DNA of 63,161 nucleotides, counting the filler, from Bdellovibrionota bacterium (GTDB lineage Bacteria > Bdellovibrionota > Bdellovibrionia > Bdellovibrionales > JAEYZS01), in the NCBI GenBank assembly GCA_963169515.1. It is 5 parts of 5 records of this genome, joined end to end, with 100 filler letters (N's around TTAATTAATTAA, not from the genome) between each part and the next. Parts side by side here need not be neighbours in the genome. Positions count along the whole stretch, not along the records: positions 23,829 to 32,496 come from CAUJEF010000008.1; positions 32,597 to 49,353 come from CAUJEF010000009.1; 3 more parts are not named here. One strand, 5' to 3'. Shown one piece after another: positions 29,541 to 38,785 of the stretch. Below the pieces are notes generated by a model. The model did no database searches. It was given only the letters and a program-made list of their open reading frames with translations, and was not told the DNA's origin. Position 1 is the first letter of the stretch, and the number at the start of each line of letters is the position of its first letter. The position numbers were made by a program, and so were the translations under genes.

Positions 29541-31106
29541 TTAAGGAAGTCTCATCGCATAGACAAAACCAGTGCTTGCGGTTTTACCTACGTTACCGAC
29601 TGTAATTGCTACCTCGATTAAATTTCCGTTTTGATTAAAGCGTGCAATTCTAAAACGACTGTAAACGCCGTTCATATTCATTTCTGGGGACACGCTGCCG
29701 TTTGAGATTTTACTCCATTGAGCCGCAGTGGGCGTTCGTTCTGGTGAAGACGAAATTCGTAACTCGTAAACGTCAGGCCCACCATTCCAATAGACCATAG
29801 AATCCCTTAAATCGGAATATTCAAAGCCACCCATTCGAGCGACAACAGATGGTGAACCCGTGATATTGGGAATTCTTTTTGATAGTACTCCAGGCGTCGT
29901 GAGATCACGGTAATAAACATTACTTGCTGCCCCCCTTGAAAACTGTACAAAAACAGCGATATCCCGCTTAGGGTCACAATCAAAACCATTACTGCTACCA
30001 AATCCGCTCCCGTCACCCATATAGTTTGAATATTCCCCCGTTGTGCCATCTGAATTTGTAACATTCGGATCAAAGTACGAAAACCGATTGTTAAATCCAG
30101 TTGGGGAATTATTGTTAGACTCCCTCGGCGGTTCCCAAATCCAAAATCCATCGCGCTTGCGATCGTAGCAGCTCATTCCACCCTCAAGAATTGATCCTGT
30201 CATTCCATTTACAACACCGATATTTAGATTGCTTCTCCTCCACATTGATGAACGATAATTGGCTGCCACTGTGTGATCAAGATTAAGAAGATGCGCAATA
30301 CTTAAATGAGTAGTCCCAGGGGTTGAAGTATAGGCTGTGAACGTAAAGAACGTATTTGTAGTCGGTTGGTATTCAAGCGTGTCATAGGTGTGAGGGTTTA
30401 TTGGTGATCCATCTGGAAAAGTTCCTATGGAACTTGTTATACTGGGGGCGGATCGATCACCTGGTGCGCTTCCGTAAGGGTTACTGATGCGTTTCCATTT
30501 TCTTTCGGCAAGATCAAAACCATAAATGTCACTTCCCGCATAGCCTCCGTGGCCACCACCCCAAACAACAAGCGCGCCAGCAGCACCGTAGTTTGAAGCC
30601 ATCGCTCCACCACTCCAATCGTCCATAATTCCAGAAATTCCTTCCGTTCCGTGCCATGGCTCACTGCCCACATAATTTCCTTGGCCATCAATACCAAAAG
30701 GTCGTCCCGTAACTGAATTCAACAGATCCGGATCCGTTGCTGAATTAACATCATAAAGCTTATTTAAACTTACCACTTGCCACTGTCCCACGGGCAATGA
30801 CCCCACCCAATTTGGCGCGGGCCTTACACCAGGAATTCCATCTGGATCTGGTGGGATTCGAGGTGGGGTTGGCGTCGGTGGCGGGGTTGCAGTTGGGGTT
30901 GCAGACGGTCGCGGTGTCAACGTAGCGGACGGATTTGGGGTGGTGCTCGGCGACGGGTTGGGAGATTGCGAGGGGCTTGGAGTTGATAGGCCTACAGAAT
31001 TTTGACTGAGCAAGCGGGCAGATTTAAAGCCCTCCCCACAGTTATTGAACATAACAACCAATAGCCCTACCCAAACAAGCTTTATGCCTTTTTTGAAAGA
31101 TTGCAT
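29541..31106 (-). CDS. Lipoprotein with a Pro/Thr/Ser linker and a probable beta-propeller domain
   Basis: Start MQSFKK at 31106 after a G-run; lipobox-like MFNNC; long PS/PT linker; VVWGGGHGGY...YGFDL...W kelch-like blade. Confidence 0.7.
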   Translation of the reverse strand: MQSFKKGIKLVWVGLLVVMFNNCGEGFKSARLLSQNSVGLSTPSPSQSPNPSPSTTPNPSATLTPRPSATPTATPPPTPTPPRIPPDPDGIPGVRPAPNWVGSLPVGQWQVVSLNKLYDVNSATDPDLLNSVTGRPFGIDGQGNYVGSEPWHGTEGISGIMDDWSGGAMASNYGAAGALVVWGGGHGGYAGSDIYGFDLAERKWKRISNPYGSAPGDRSAPSITSSIGTFPDGSPINPHTYDTLEYQPTTNTFFTFTAYTSTPGTTHLSIAHLLNLDHTVAANYRSSMWRRSNLNIGVVNGMTGSILEGGMSCYDRKRDGFWIWEPPRESNNNSPTGFNNRFSYFDPNVTNSDGTTGEYSNYMGDGSGFGSSNGFDCDPKRDIAVFVQFSRGAASNVYYRDLTTPGVLSKRIPNITGSPSVVARMGGFEYSDLRDSMVYWNGGPDVYELRISSSPERTPTAAQWSKISNGSVSPEMNMNGVYSRFRIARFNQNGNLIEVAITVGNVGKTASTGFVYAMRLP

Positions 31107-31150
31107 TCGCCCCCCGACTGTCCCTTTTCGGTACATTTGCTCAATTCCTG

Positions 31151-31180
31151 AAGGCTGGCCCACATATGTGGGCCAGTCTT
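31151..31180. repeat. Repeat family A, palindromic copy
   Basis: Perfect 22-bp palindrome CTGGCCCACATATGTGGGCCAG (31155-31176), extendable to 30 bp with one mismatch; abuts the stop of the CBS gene. Confidence 0.8.
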
Positions 31181-32110
31181 TTAATGCTTGGCCGTTTCTT
31201 CGGGAATTTGAAAATCTCTTGTTGATAGGGTTTGATAAGGTTCCCCCGTAAACAAAATCTGCAGATCTCGCGGCAACTGTGACAAAACGTGATCGGTTTC
31301 GTTGCTTAAAACATACAGTTCCAAACCGCGCCAAAACCCACGCGCCATCTTATGGACACGGTCTGGCGTAACCTCAAATCCCCTGCGCAGTTCCTCGATA
31401 ATGTATTTTGCATTGATAGTTCGGTTTGGACCAGCCTGCAAATCAAACAAATCTTCTTGCAATAATTGTGGTAAACAACTGATTAAATCCGACGCTTCCA
31501 TATACGAAATACGCTCGATCACACATTCTAATAAAAATGTTCCAATCGCTTCAGATTCGGAGCGATTGACGTCCATTTCTCGTCCCAGCATTTCTAAAAA
31601 TCGGCTCAGCGATTGCCGACGTCTTGATTGGCGCCGAATTTCTCGTCGCGCCCGGGGTAACTTTTCGGCCGTGAGCGCTCGTACCTGCGGATCTAAAATT
31701 TGCTGCAATTCTCGCATCCCAATCAAATCATTCACTATCAAATCATCCGTTGTGATAATTCCGATACACTCTTGCTCGCCTCCGTCCACAGTCCGCACGA
31801 TGGGTATTCGGCGTACTCCGTTGCGCTTCATAAGCCCAACGACGCGTTCGATTGTATCCTCAACATCGGCACACACGACTTGATCTGAAACTAAATCGCC
31901 CAATCTGCAATCATACGGACGTCGAAACGCCAATACTTCACACGCCAAATCACGATCTGTAACGACACCTTTTACGTAGCCACCACGGCTCATGACAACA
32001 ACTGCCCCAACGCTTTTTTCATTCATTGCACGTGCGGCCTGATATACCGGGGCGGCTTCTGAAAAAACGACAACTTTTCGTTTGATAAATTTTGATAACC
32101 GAGAATCCAT
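31181..32110 (-). CDS. CBS-pair protein with a C-terminal DUF2267-like domain
   Basis: VGAVVV...GVVTDRDL, VRRIPIV...GIITTDD; C-terminal LISCLPQLL and VLSQLPRDL repeats; ATG at 32110. Confidence 0.8.
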   Translation of the reverse strand: MDSRLSKFIKRKVVVFSEAAPVYQAARAMNEKSVGAVVVMSRGGYVKGVVTDRDLACEVLAFRRPYDCRLGDLVSDQVVCADVEDTIERVVGLMKRNGVRRIPIVRTVDGGEQECIGIITTDDLIVNDLIGMRELQQILDPQVRALTAEKLPRARREIRRQSRRRQSLSRFLEMLGREMDVNRSESEAIGTFLLECVIERISYMEASDLISCLPQLLQEDLFDLQAGPNRTINAKYIIEELRRGFEVTPDRVHKMARGFWRGLELYVLSNETDHVLSQLPRDLQILFTGEPYQTLSTRDFQIPEETAKH

Positions 32111-32147
32111 GTTTATAAAGAAGCAGCAAATCCGGTGCCAGGGAATT

Positions 32148-32496
32148 TTACCCCGAGATCGAATACCCACCGTCAACAACCAGAGTATGACCGACAACAA
32201 ATGATGCTTTATCAGACGCTAAATACATAACGGCATCCGCAATTTCTTCTGGCCGCGCAATGCGGCCAATCGGATGGGCTTTGCTTGCGGCCTTTATGTC
32301 CATATTTAGACGTTTCAGCATTTCTGTATTCACACCGCCCGGTGCAACATTATTTATGCGAATACCATAAGCGATACTTTCCAATGCCAATGCTTTTGTC
32401 AGCCCAATGATGGCATGCTTTGATGTGACATAGGGACTCTCATTTGGAAAGGCGACAACGCCTGCAAGTGAAGAAATATTCACGATAGAACCATTG
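32148..32496 (-). CDS. Short-chain dehydrogenase/reductase (5' truncated)
   Basis: NISS, YVTSK (YxxxK), IRINNVAPG, HPIGR, VDGG. Confidence 0.9.
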
Positions 32497-32596
32497 NNNN
32501 NNNNNNNNNNNNNNNNNNNNNNNNNNNNNNNNNNNNNNNNTTAATTAATTAANNNNNNNNNNNNNNNNNNNNNNNNNNNNNNNNNNNNNNNNNNNN
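32497..32596. other. Artificial contig linker
   Basis: N44-TTAATTAATTAA-N44. Confidence 0.98.
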
Positions 32597-32767
32597 CGCA
32601 GCCAATTCCAAGCCCAAAGAAATATAGTTTTGATAGCTTGGCATCTTAGCGACCGTCTCTTGTAAGCTCTTAATGCGATCTGCGGGGGTAACAAGTGGCG
32701 GAGCTGAGGTCTTTGTGCATCCGAATAAAAAAAGGCCAGCAATTAATAACCCTATTGTCTTTATCAT
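32597..32767 (-). CDS. Lipoprotein, probably TPR-containing (3' truncated)
   Basis: Lipobox FLFGC; PSYQNYISLGL TPR-like start; GGAGG-like ribosome site overlapping the upstream gene end. Confidence 0.6.
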
Positions 32768-32772
32768 TTCTA

Positions 32773-33495
32773 TTACCTCCTCAAGCCAAATCTTAAAAAT
32801 ATAAATGGTCTGATCATTGACCACCATCCGGAAAACGGCATAATTTTAGAATGTCGTCCCTTTTGCAGATGGTCATACCTGATGGTGACAGGTACTTGAA
32901 TCCATTTCACCTTCATTACTCGAACGAACTTATATAAAAGATAGTATTCCATTTCATATCGATCAAGCCAACCTTGATCCATTTTAATGGATGGGTCTCG
33001 GCACAAGGATAATCGATAACATCTTAATCCACAGGTAACATCGGTAAGACGCACATTTAAAAGCAAATTTACAATTTTGGTAAAAGCGGGGATGGCAATT
33101 TGACGAAATTTTGGAAGACCGCGACTTGTATCAGATCGTAAGTATCGTGATCCTTGTACAAAATCAGTTTCACCACGATCCACCGGGCCGTATACGTTTT
33201 CAAATTCTGACGGAATCATTTTACCATTTGAAGAGGATATCAAAATCCACTCATAGCCATCTTCAACGGCAATATTAATGCCGGTTCTGATGGCTGCCCC
33301 AATGCCGCGATTAACGCCATGTCGAACGACCCTTACGCCCAACTCTTCCGCAATTGCGTCTGAACCATCATTTGAACCGTCGTCGACAACAATAATCTGA
33401 TCGGCTTTATAGTTTTTTAAACATTCAATCAGATAGGCGCGAATTTCTTGGGCCTGATTATAGTTAGCGACCAAAATTAGGCCTTTTTGTTTCAC
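32773..33495 (-). CDS. GT2 glycosyltransferase, polyprenol-phosphate sugar synthase (Dpm1-like)
   Basis: IIVVDDGSNDGS, HGVNRGIGAAIRTG, VQGSRY, TDVTCGLR; the usual DxD position reads SSN. Confidence 0.85.
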   Translation of the reverse strand: MKQKGLILVANYNQAQEIRAYLIECLKNYKADQIIVVDDGSNDGSDAIAEELGVRVVRHGVNRGIGAAIRTGINIAVEDGYEWILISSSNGKMIPSEFENVYGPVDRGETDFVQGSRYLRSDTSRGLPKFRQIAIPAFTKIVNLLLNVRLTDVTCGLRCYRLSLCRDPSIKMDQGWLDRYEMEYYLLYKFVRVMKVKWIQVPVTIRYDHLQKGRHSKIMPFSGWWSMIRPFIFLRFGLRR

Positions 33496-33609
33496 TCTGA
33501 TAACCTCCCCGCAGAATCAGCAGGCTAGATTTTAAACCTCAGGCAATCAATTTGAAATGCAAATTTCATAACTCAACCTGATAATTGACCATTGGCTAGC
33601 TTCGAGTTT

Positions 33610-35301
33610 TTATGGGGCAAACCCCAAAGAATTGCCCAGTTGATACAAGCTTGAGTCTTTTCCAAACATCGGAATACTTTCCTGCCAAAGTAACCGTGCC
33701 GACTTAAAATCTCCGGCTTGTGCGTAGGTTTGAATAAGGTCTGCGCGAACAGCGAAATTCTGTCCATGTGCTGCTAAATCTGCTTCCTTTAAAAGCCCCA
33801 GCGCTCGAGTATACAATCCGCGTCCTTTCAAAAATTGGGCCCAGTGAATTCGCGCTGATATTTGAGTAAGATCGTAGGAAACTGCTGCAGAGAAATTAAC
33901 TTCGGCTTCCGAATCTCTGCCAAGTGCCGCCAATGATACAGCCCGATTGATGTAACACATCCCATAACGAGATCCCACAACACGACATTTTTCCAAAAGA
34001 TCCAGGGCATCCTGCATTCGCCCTTGGCTCATATAATCCACCGCCAAATTATTCAACGCTCGTGGTGAGCTTGGATTTTTTGCAACAGTATCCAGCCAAA
34101 GAGCCTCGTTACTTCCCCACACTTGATTACGTCTAAACGTACCGATTGAGTAAATAATCAGAACCGTTAGTACCAAGGTTAAAGCCACTCTGCGATTTTT
34201 TCGCCAAACCAAATCCAGTAAAAAAATATTAAGACCCAGCAGGCAAAAATAAGCAATGAAGGCGCGGTGGTCATTAACTGGCTCAGCCAGTGGCACCACA
34301 CTTGATGCTGGAGAGATCGCAATATAAAACCAACCAATAATAAGTGCGAATAACGGCCGCTTACGAATGGAGGCCAGTGCAAATCCAATCAACACAAGGT
34401 TTCCAATTAATGCTGCGATGACCATTGGATCCTTTATGGTCGTGGAAAATCCAAACTCTAGATTATCAGCATTCAAATCGACTGGTACCCAAAACATTAA
34501 CAAATATCGAAAGTATGCCCGACACTGAGTTAAAAAATACAACCCACGCGAAACATAGCCTCGAGCCAAATCAGACGATGGCTCAAATTTCCAAACAATC
34601 AGAGCGATTGCAATTCCTGCTGCGAAAAAGAAGCCCCCCACCGGAAGCACAGGAAACTTTGTGTTCCATCGATCTCCAGAGCGCAGCCTTAGATAAATTT
34701 CTGTTAACGGAACAAGAGCAATCATCACAATGCCCTCTTCTTTGGACAACATCGCTAAAAACAAACTCGCATAACCAAAAAACAAGTGTCTGTTATGTCC
34801 GGTCTGGCGCCATTTCAAATAACACTGCATTGCCAACATAGCGAATACCGCAGCCAACAATGTCGATGTCGCAGAAATATAGGAAACCACTTGCGTATGT
34901 ACTGGATTGGCTGCAAACAACACAAGCCCCCAGCCCACGGCCTCCGGACTTACGTTCGACAAAAGGCGCCGCCAGACGTCCGCCAATAGGCTGCACAAAC
35001 CTGCAAATAAAAGAATTTTTAATAAGTGAAACGGCCACGTCGCGCCACCACCGATCCACCAACAAAGCATATTTGTCGAAGTCGTGACCGGACGGTATCC
35101 CCAGTTGTCTGGTGAAGAGGAATAGTATTTTCCCGAGGTCCAAATCTTAAATATATTGCTTGGATTTTGAATGGCCGCATTACCCTGAACGGTGTGAGAA
35201 TCATCCAAAATATATGGACCATTAAAAGACGGAAAATAAAGCACGAGTATAAGGAGCCACGGCAGTAGCTTTAAGCCACGCCGCTCAAACAGGAAGTTCA
35301 C
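33610..35301 (-). CDS. TMTC-like GT-C glycosyltransferase with C-terminal TPR repeats
   Basis: LDDSH loop, YRPV, PVHTQVV, LSKEEGI, P..LNAD, RNQVW, then TPRs (RALNNLA, YINRA). Confidence 0.8.
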   Translation of the reverse strand: MNFLFERRGLKLLPWLLILVLYFPSFNGPYILDDSHTVQGNAAIQNPSNIFKIWTSGKYYSSSPDNWGYRPVTTSTNMLCWWIGGGATWPFHLLKILLFAGLCSLLADVWRRLLSNVSPEAVGWGLVLFAANPVHTQVVSYISATSTLLAAVFAMLAMQCYLKWRQTGHNRHLFFGYASLFLAMLSKEEGIVMIALVPLTEIYLRLRSGDRWNTKFPVLPVGGFFFAAGIAIALIVWKFEPSSDLARGYVSRGLYFLTQCRAYFRYLLMFWVPVDLNADNLEFGFSTTIKDPMVIAALIGNLVLIGFALASIRKRPLFALIIGWFYIAISPASSVVPLAEPVNDHRAFIAYFCLLGLNIFLLDLVWRKNRRVALTLVLTVLIIYSIGTFRRNQVWGSNEALWLDTVAKNPSSPRALNNLAVDYMSQGRMQDALDLLEKCRVVGSRYGMCYINRAVSLAALGRDSEAEVNFSAAVSYDLTQISARIHWAQFLKGRGLYTRALGLLKEADLAAHGQNFAVRADLIQTYAQAGDFKSARLLWQESIPMFGKDSSLYQLGNSLGFAP

Positions 35302-35930
35302 TCGGACCCAGTTCTCTTTGGTAAACTGAGGACGTCTGGTGACTCATCCGCACGAGTAATCGCTAATGCAAGGACTTCTTTGTTGAGATTCTTTCGGCAA
35401 CAGTCACGAATGACCTCACCATCAAATGAAATTAGCGGCATAACCGTATCGGCACAAGCGCAAATGCGATGTGTGGGTTCCGCCGGCACACCCGTCACCA
35501 AACAAAATGAAGGAATATCTTTTGTTACCACGGCACCGGAGCCAACCATAGCAAATGCGCCAATATGCACACCACAACGAACGATCGCCCCTGCACCCAA
35601 GGAACACCCATCATCCAAGATCGTGCTAACCACATTCCAAGAGCTGCGTCCAATCCGCGGGTATCGATCGTTGGTAAAGGTCGTACCAGGTCCGATAAAG
35701 CAAAATCGCCCAATCTCAACGCCTTTGTATATATTGACACCGTTTTGAACTCGGGACCCTTTACCGACCGTGACGCCACTGTCGACATACACATCTTTAC
35801 CAATGGAAACATTTTCTTCCAGTCTAGAACCTGATCGAACATGGGCCAAGTGCCAAACGCTTGCGCCTTCAGAAATCTGCGCCCCCTCTTCAACAAATGC
35901 AGAAGGATGAATTCTAGGTTTATTGTTCAT
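35298..35930 (-). CDS. Hexapeptide-repeat acyltransferase (WbpD-like N-acetyltransferase)
   Basis: IHPSAFVE, VWH, FIGPGTTFTND.YPR, VVTKDIP...GVPA, C-terminal CxC. Confidence 0.88.
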   Translation of the reverse strand: MNNKPRIHPSAFVEEGAQISEGASVWHLAHVRSGSRLEENVSIGKDVYVDSGVTVGKGSRVQNGVNIYKGVEIGRFCFIGPGTTFTNDRYPRIGRSSWNVVSTILDDGCSLGAGAIVRCGVHIGAFAMVGSGAVVTKDIPSFCLVTGVPAEPTHRICACADTVMPLISFDGEVIRDCCRKNLNKEVLALAITRADESPDVLSLPKRTGSE

Positions 35931-35971
35931 GCTGTATTTCCTGTCTCACCCCAGGTTAACAAAGCCGAAGC

Positions 35972-36523
35972 TTAACTCACAAGTCCAGCACGTCTAAAGA
36001 CTTGCCTCATCTGACCCAAATCTTTTTCAAACCAGCGATTTTTTGACAACCAAATATTATTAAGGGGGGAAGGATGAGGAAGCGGAAGATAGCGCGGCAG
36101 ATATTCTCGCCAGGCACGAACGGTTTCCGTTAAAGATGCTTTGCGTGATTTTCCAAGATATGTGGCGTGTGCATACTGACCTAATAAAACAATCAATTGA
36201 AGGTCGGGCATTTTAGATATTAGTTTCTCGTGCCATAAAGAATAACATTCTTTACGTGGGGGAAGATCACCTCGCTTCCCCGTTCCAGGGTAGCAAAAAC
36301 CCATCGGCAAAATCGAAATTTTTTCTTCATTATAAAAATCATTGACTGAAAGGCCAAGCCATTCGCGAAGTCGATCTCCGCTGGCATCACTCCATGGAAT
36401 TCCTGATTGGTGAACCTTTATTCCCGGAGCCTGTCCAATCAAAAGCAAGCGCGCCGAACGCCCCACTTGAAAAACGGGGCGCGGCCCAAGAGGTAAGTTT
36501 TTACACGCCCTACAGCCCCGCAC
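35972..36523 (-). CDS. Uracil-DNA glycosylase superfamily protein
   Basis: CRAC, IGQAPG, PMGFCYPG, DLPPRKEC, PHPSP. Confidence 0.9.
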   Translation of the reverse strand: MRGCRACKNLPLGPRPVFQVGRSARLLLIGQAPGIKVHQSGIPWSDASGDRLREWLGLSVNDFYNEEKISILPMGFCYPGTGKRGDLPPRKECYSLWHEKLISKMPDLQLIVLLGQYAHATYLGKSRKASLTETVRAWREYLPRYLPLPHPSPLNNIWLSKNRWFEKDLGQMRQVFRRAGLVS

Positions 36524-36531
36524 TTGTTGTG

Positions 36532-36900
36532 TCAGCGTTTTGATGTCTCCAACTCCTTTTCAATGATATTTTTTAAAACAACAGCGTCGTTGTGCTTTTC
36601 ATCGCGAGCGCCATAAATCAATGTGAGTGTGCGCCGAGACGTTTTCTGGGCCAGATTTTTAATAAGTTCTCGTGCCTCGGGCGATTGCAACTCACGCCGA
36701 TAGGCTTTAACGAAAAACTTCCAACGAGCTGGGTTGTGGCCAAATTCTTTTCTGAGCTTTGTGCTCGGAGCGAGATCTTTCAGCCACTCGTCGATCTCCA
36801 GATCTTGTTTTTTTATTCCACGGGGCCAAAGACGATCAATTAACACCCGATATCCGTCTTTTCGATTTTTAGGCTCATAGGCACGTTTAATTTGTACCAT
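36532..36900 (-). CDS. DUF488 (YeaO-like) protein
   Basis: IKRAYE...DGYRVLIDRLWPRGIKK, LAPS..LRK.F.H, HNDAVVL. Confidence 0.9.
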   Translation of the reverse strand: MVQIKRAYEPKNRKDGYRVLIDRLWPRGIKKQDLEIDEWLKDLAPSTKLRKEFGHNPARWKFFVKAYRRELQSPEARELIKNLAQKTSRRTLTLIYGARDEKHNDAVVLKNIIEKELETSKR

Positions 36901-36971
36901 ACGGATTTCTAACATTTGCAAGTTCTATTCTCAATGAAGGATTCTATGCATTATGTTCAAGAGTTAACGCG

Positions 36972-37607
36972 CTACAATTGCCCCCTACTGCAAAGGTTTA
37001 CTTTCTCAAGCATTTTCTCTTGAATGTTCGCAGGTATATGTTGGTCCGCTAATACAAATAAACATTCATTTTCTTTTTGAATATGATGGCGCATAAGAGA
37101 AATGTAGGTCGTTATAATTTTCCTAAGACTAGCCAAGGCCTCAGAACTGGAATTGTGTTTTAATAAATTGGCAATTTCGAATTCTGCTAGGTGAATAGCT
37201 ATCTGTCCCGCCACATGCTCTTCCATCGGAATAATTAACGGGCTTTCAAGAAGTTCTGATTTGTTTCTTTTCAGCAGAACTTCGGCGTCGTGGCCACGCT
37301 TTTTCCCCTGCTTAAAGATTATTTGCGCTGGATCCGAGAATTGTTTTAGCGTCATGAAGCGTGCGCACTCAGGCCCCCCTTCTTTCAAGTTAACTCGGCT
37401 ATGGAGCTCTGGAAAAAGTAGTTCCTCTTCATTTTTATGATGGACGTCTTCAACAATATATCGCAAATGATTCAGCTGCGCCCGAATACGTTCGACCACT
37501 CCTTCCTTAGAAAGGTTTTCGATTTCAAATTCAAGCGCGTCAAGCTGCTTTCCAACTACCTCGTGTTCGTTAACTAAATGTTTTATGAAAGGGCCTAGCG
37601 TTAACAT
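36972..37607 (-). CDS. Hemerythrin-domain protein
   Basis: EH, HHKNEEELLFP, EEH and HIQKENECLF ligand pattern. Confidence 0.82.
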   Translation of the reverse strand: MLTLGPFIKHLVNEHEVVGKQLDALEFEIENLSKEGVVERIRAQLNHLRYIVEDVHHKNEEELLFPELHSRVNLKEGGPECARFMTLKQFSDPAQIIFKQGKKRGHDAEVLLKRNKSELLESPLIIPMEEHVAGQIAIHLAEFEIANLLKHNSSSEALASLRKIITTYISLMRHHIQKENECLFVLADQHIPANIQEKMLEKVNLCSRGQL

Positions 37608-38764
37608 GATCGCTGATCATTTCCAGCAAACAAAATCTTCCAACCAAATTGCCATAGCCACAAAACTACTGCCAAAATCCACAAGCCCGCCGCATACATA
37701 AGATGACTCAGATAAAGTTCTGCTGAAATATTTGCTGCAAACCGCGTTAATGCGGTAATGGCCACTACAGATACCAAGCCAAAATATGGAAATTTTTTTC
37801 GTTCAAATTCTAAGTTATAACCGCCATGGGATAAAATCACACGCGTTGATACCAGAAGTGTCATCAGGGCTAGGCCCGTAATCATCACAATATGCAAAAA
37901 TGCAATATGTAGATGGGGCAACAAGGCACTGCCCCACAATCCGAGCACGATCATCCAGCAACTTGTCCACAGTGACCACGCCAATCCCGTTCTGTGAACT
38001 GGAAGCTTGTAAATTCCCCATCGAAGAAGAAAAAAAAGTGTAACCACAATAGCGCGAAGTGGATGGGCCAAACCGCTTAATGAGGTGATTTCCATTAAAT
38101 AAGAAAAAACAAAAAGTACCGCGAAAACAAAATTAATTAGGACTGGCGTTTTAGGCACCATATCTGTTGGAGCACTTCGAGTATAGCCCAACAAAAACAC
38201 CACCAAACGACTGCCAACGCCGATCACAAGACTCATCATGTACATTTGGAAATGGAATAGTCGTCCCAACGCTATCAATGTCTGACTTCCAGTATCGCGC
38301 CCAATAATGATCATCAGCAACCCAGCAACAGAACCCAAGATACCAATACCGATAAACATAAATGCCGGAGGCAATGTGATTTTTCGTTTATTGAAGCGAA
38401 TAAATAAAAACATCAGCAAACAAAATTGAGAAAATAAAACCAAATTAAAACTGAGCGGTGAAAATGCAAACAAGGGCAAAATTAAAATCGGTAGCAATAC
38501 GGCCCCCATTTCAAAAAGTGTCGGCCCGAAGGTTTGGGTCATCCGCGGAATGGCAGTCATCAAAAAGCCACAAGCAAAAAGATTCAAAAATCCGGCGATC
38601 ATTATTATCGCATGATAGTCGCGCGGATACTGATCGACCAGGCCCAAACCAAATAAAATCCACACAGCCACGCCCCATATTGCAAACAAAGAGGCAAATG
38701 GGAAAAATATTTTGTATGGCTCGCGGTAGGTTTTGATTTGAGATATGTGCATTTTTTTTATCAT
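37601..38764 (-). CDS. nnrS: NnrS-family membrane protein
   Basis: EPYKIFFP, YHAIIMIAGF, GFLMTAIPR, TRVILSHGG; about 12 TM helices. Confidence 0.85.
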   Translation of the reverse strand: MIKKMHISQIKTYREPYKIFFPFASLFAIWGVAVWILFGLGLVDQYPRDYHAIIMIAGFLNLFACGFLMTAIPRMTQTFGPTLFEMGAVLLPILILPLFAFSPLSFNLVLFSQFCLLMFLFIRFNKRKITLPPAFMFIGIGILGSVAGLLMIIIGRDTGSQTLIALGRLFHFQMYMMSLVIGVGSRLVVFLLGYTRSAPTDMVPKTPVLINFVFAVLFVFSYLMEITSLSGLAHPLRAIVVTLFFLLRWGIYKLPVHRTGLAWSLWTSCWMIVLGLWGSALLPHLHIAFLHIVMITGLALMTLLVSTRVILSHGGYNLEFERKKFPYFGLVSVVAITALTRFAANISAELYLSHLMYAAGLWILAVVLWLWQFGWKILFAGNDQRSC

Positions 38765-38785
38765 ATTTTTATTGCCTCATAATTA

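Noticed and set aside
31107..31334. N-terminal extension of the 597-aa ORF
   Set aside because: Overlaps the CBS gene and a palindrome; the signal peptide and ribosome site indicate a start at 31106
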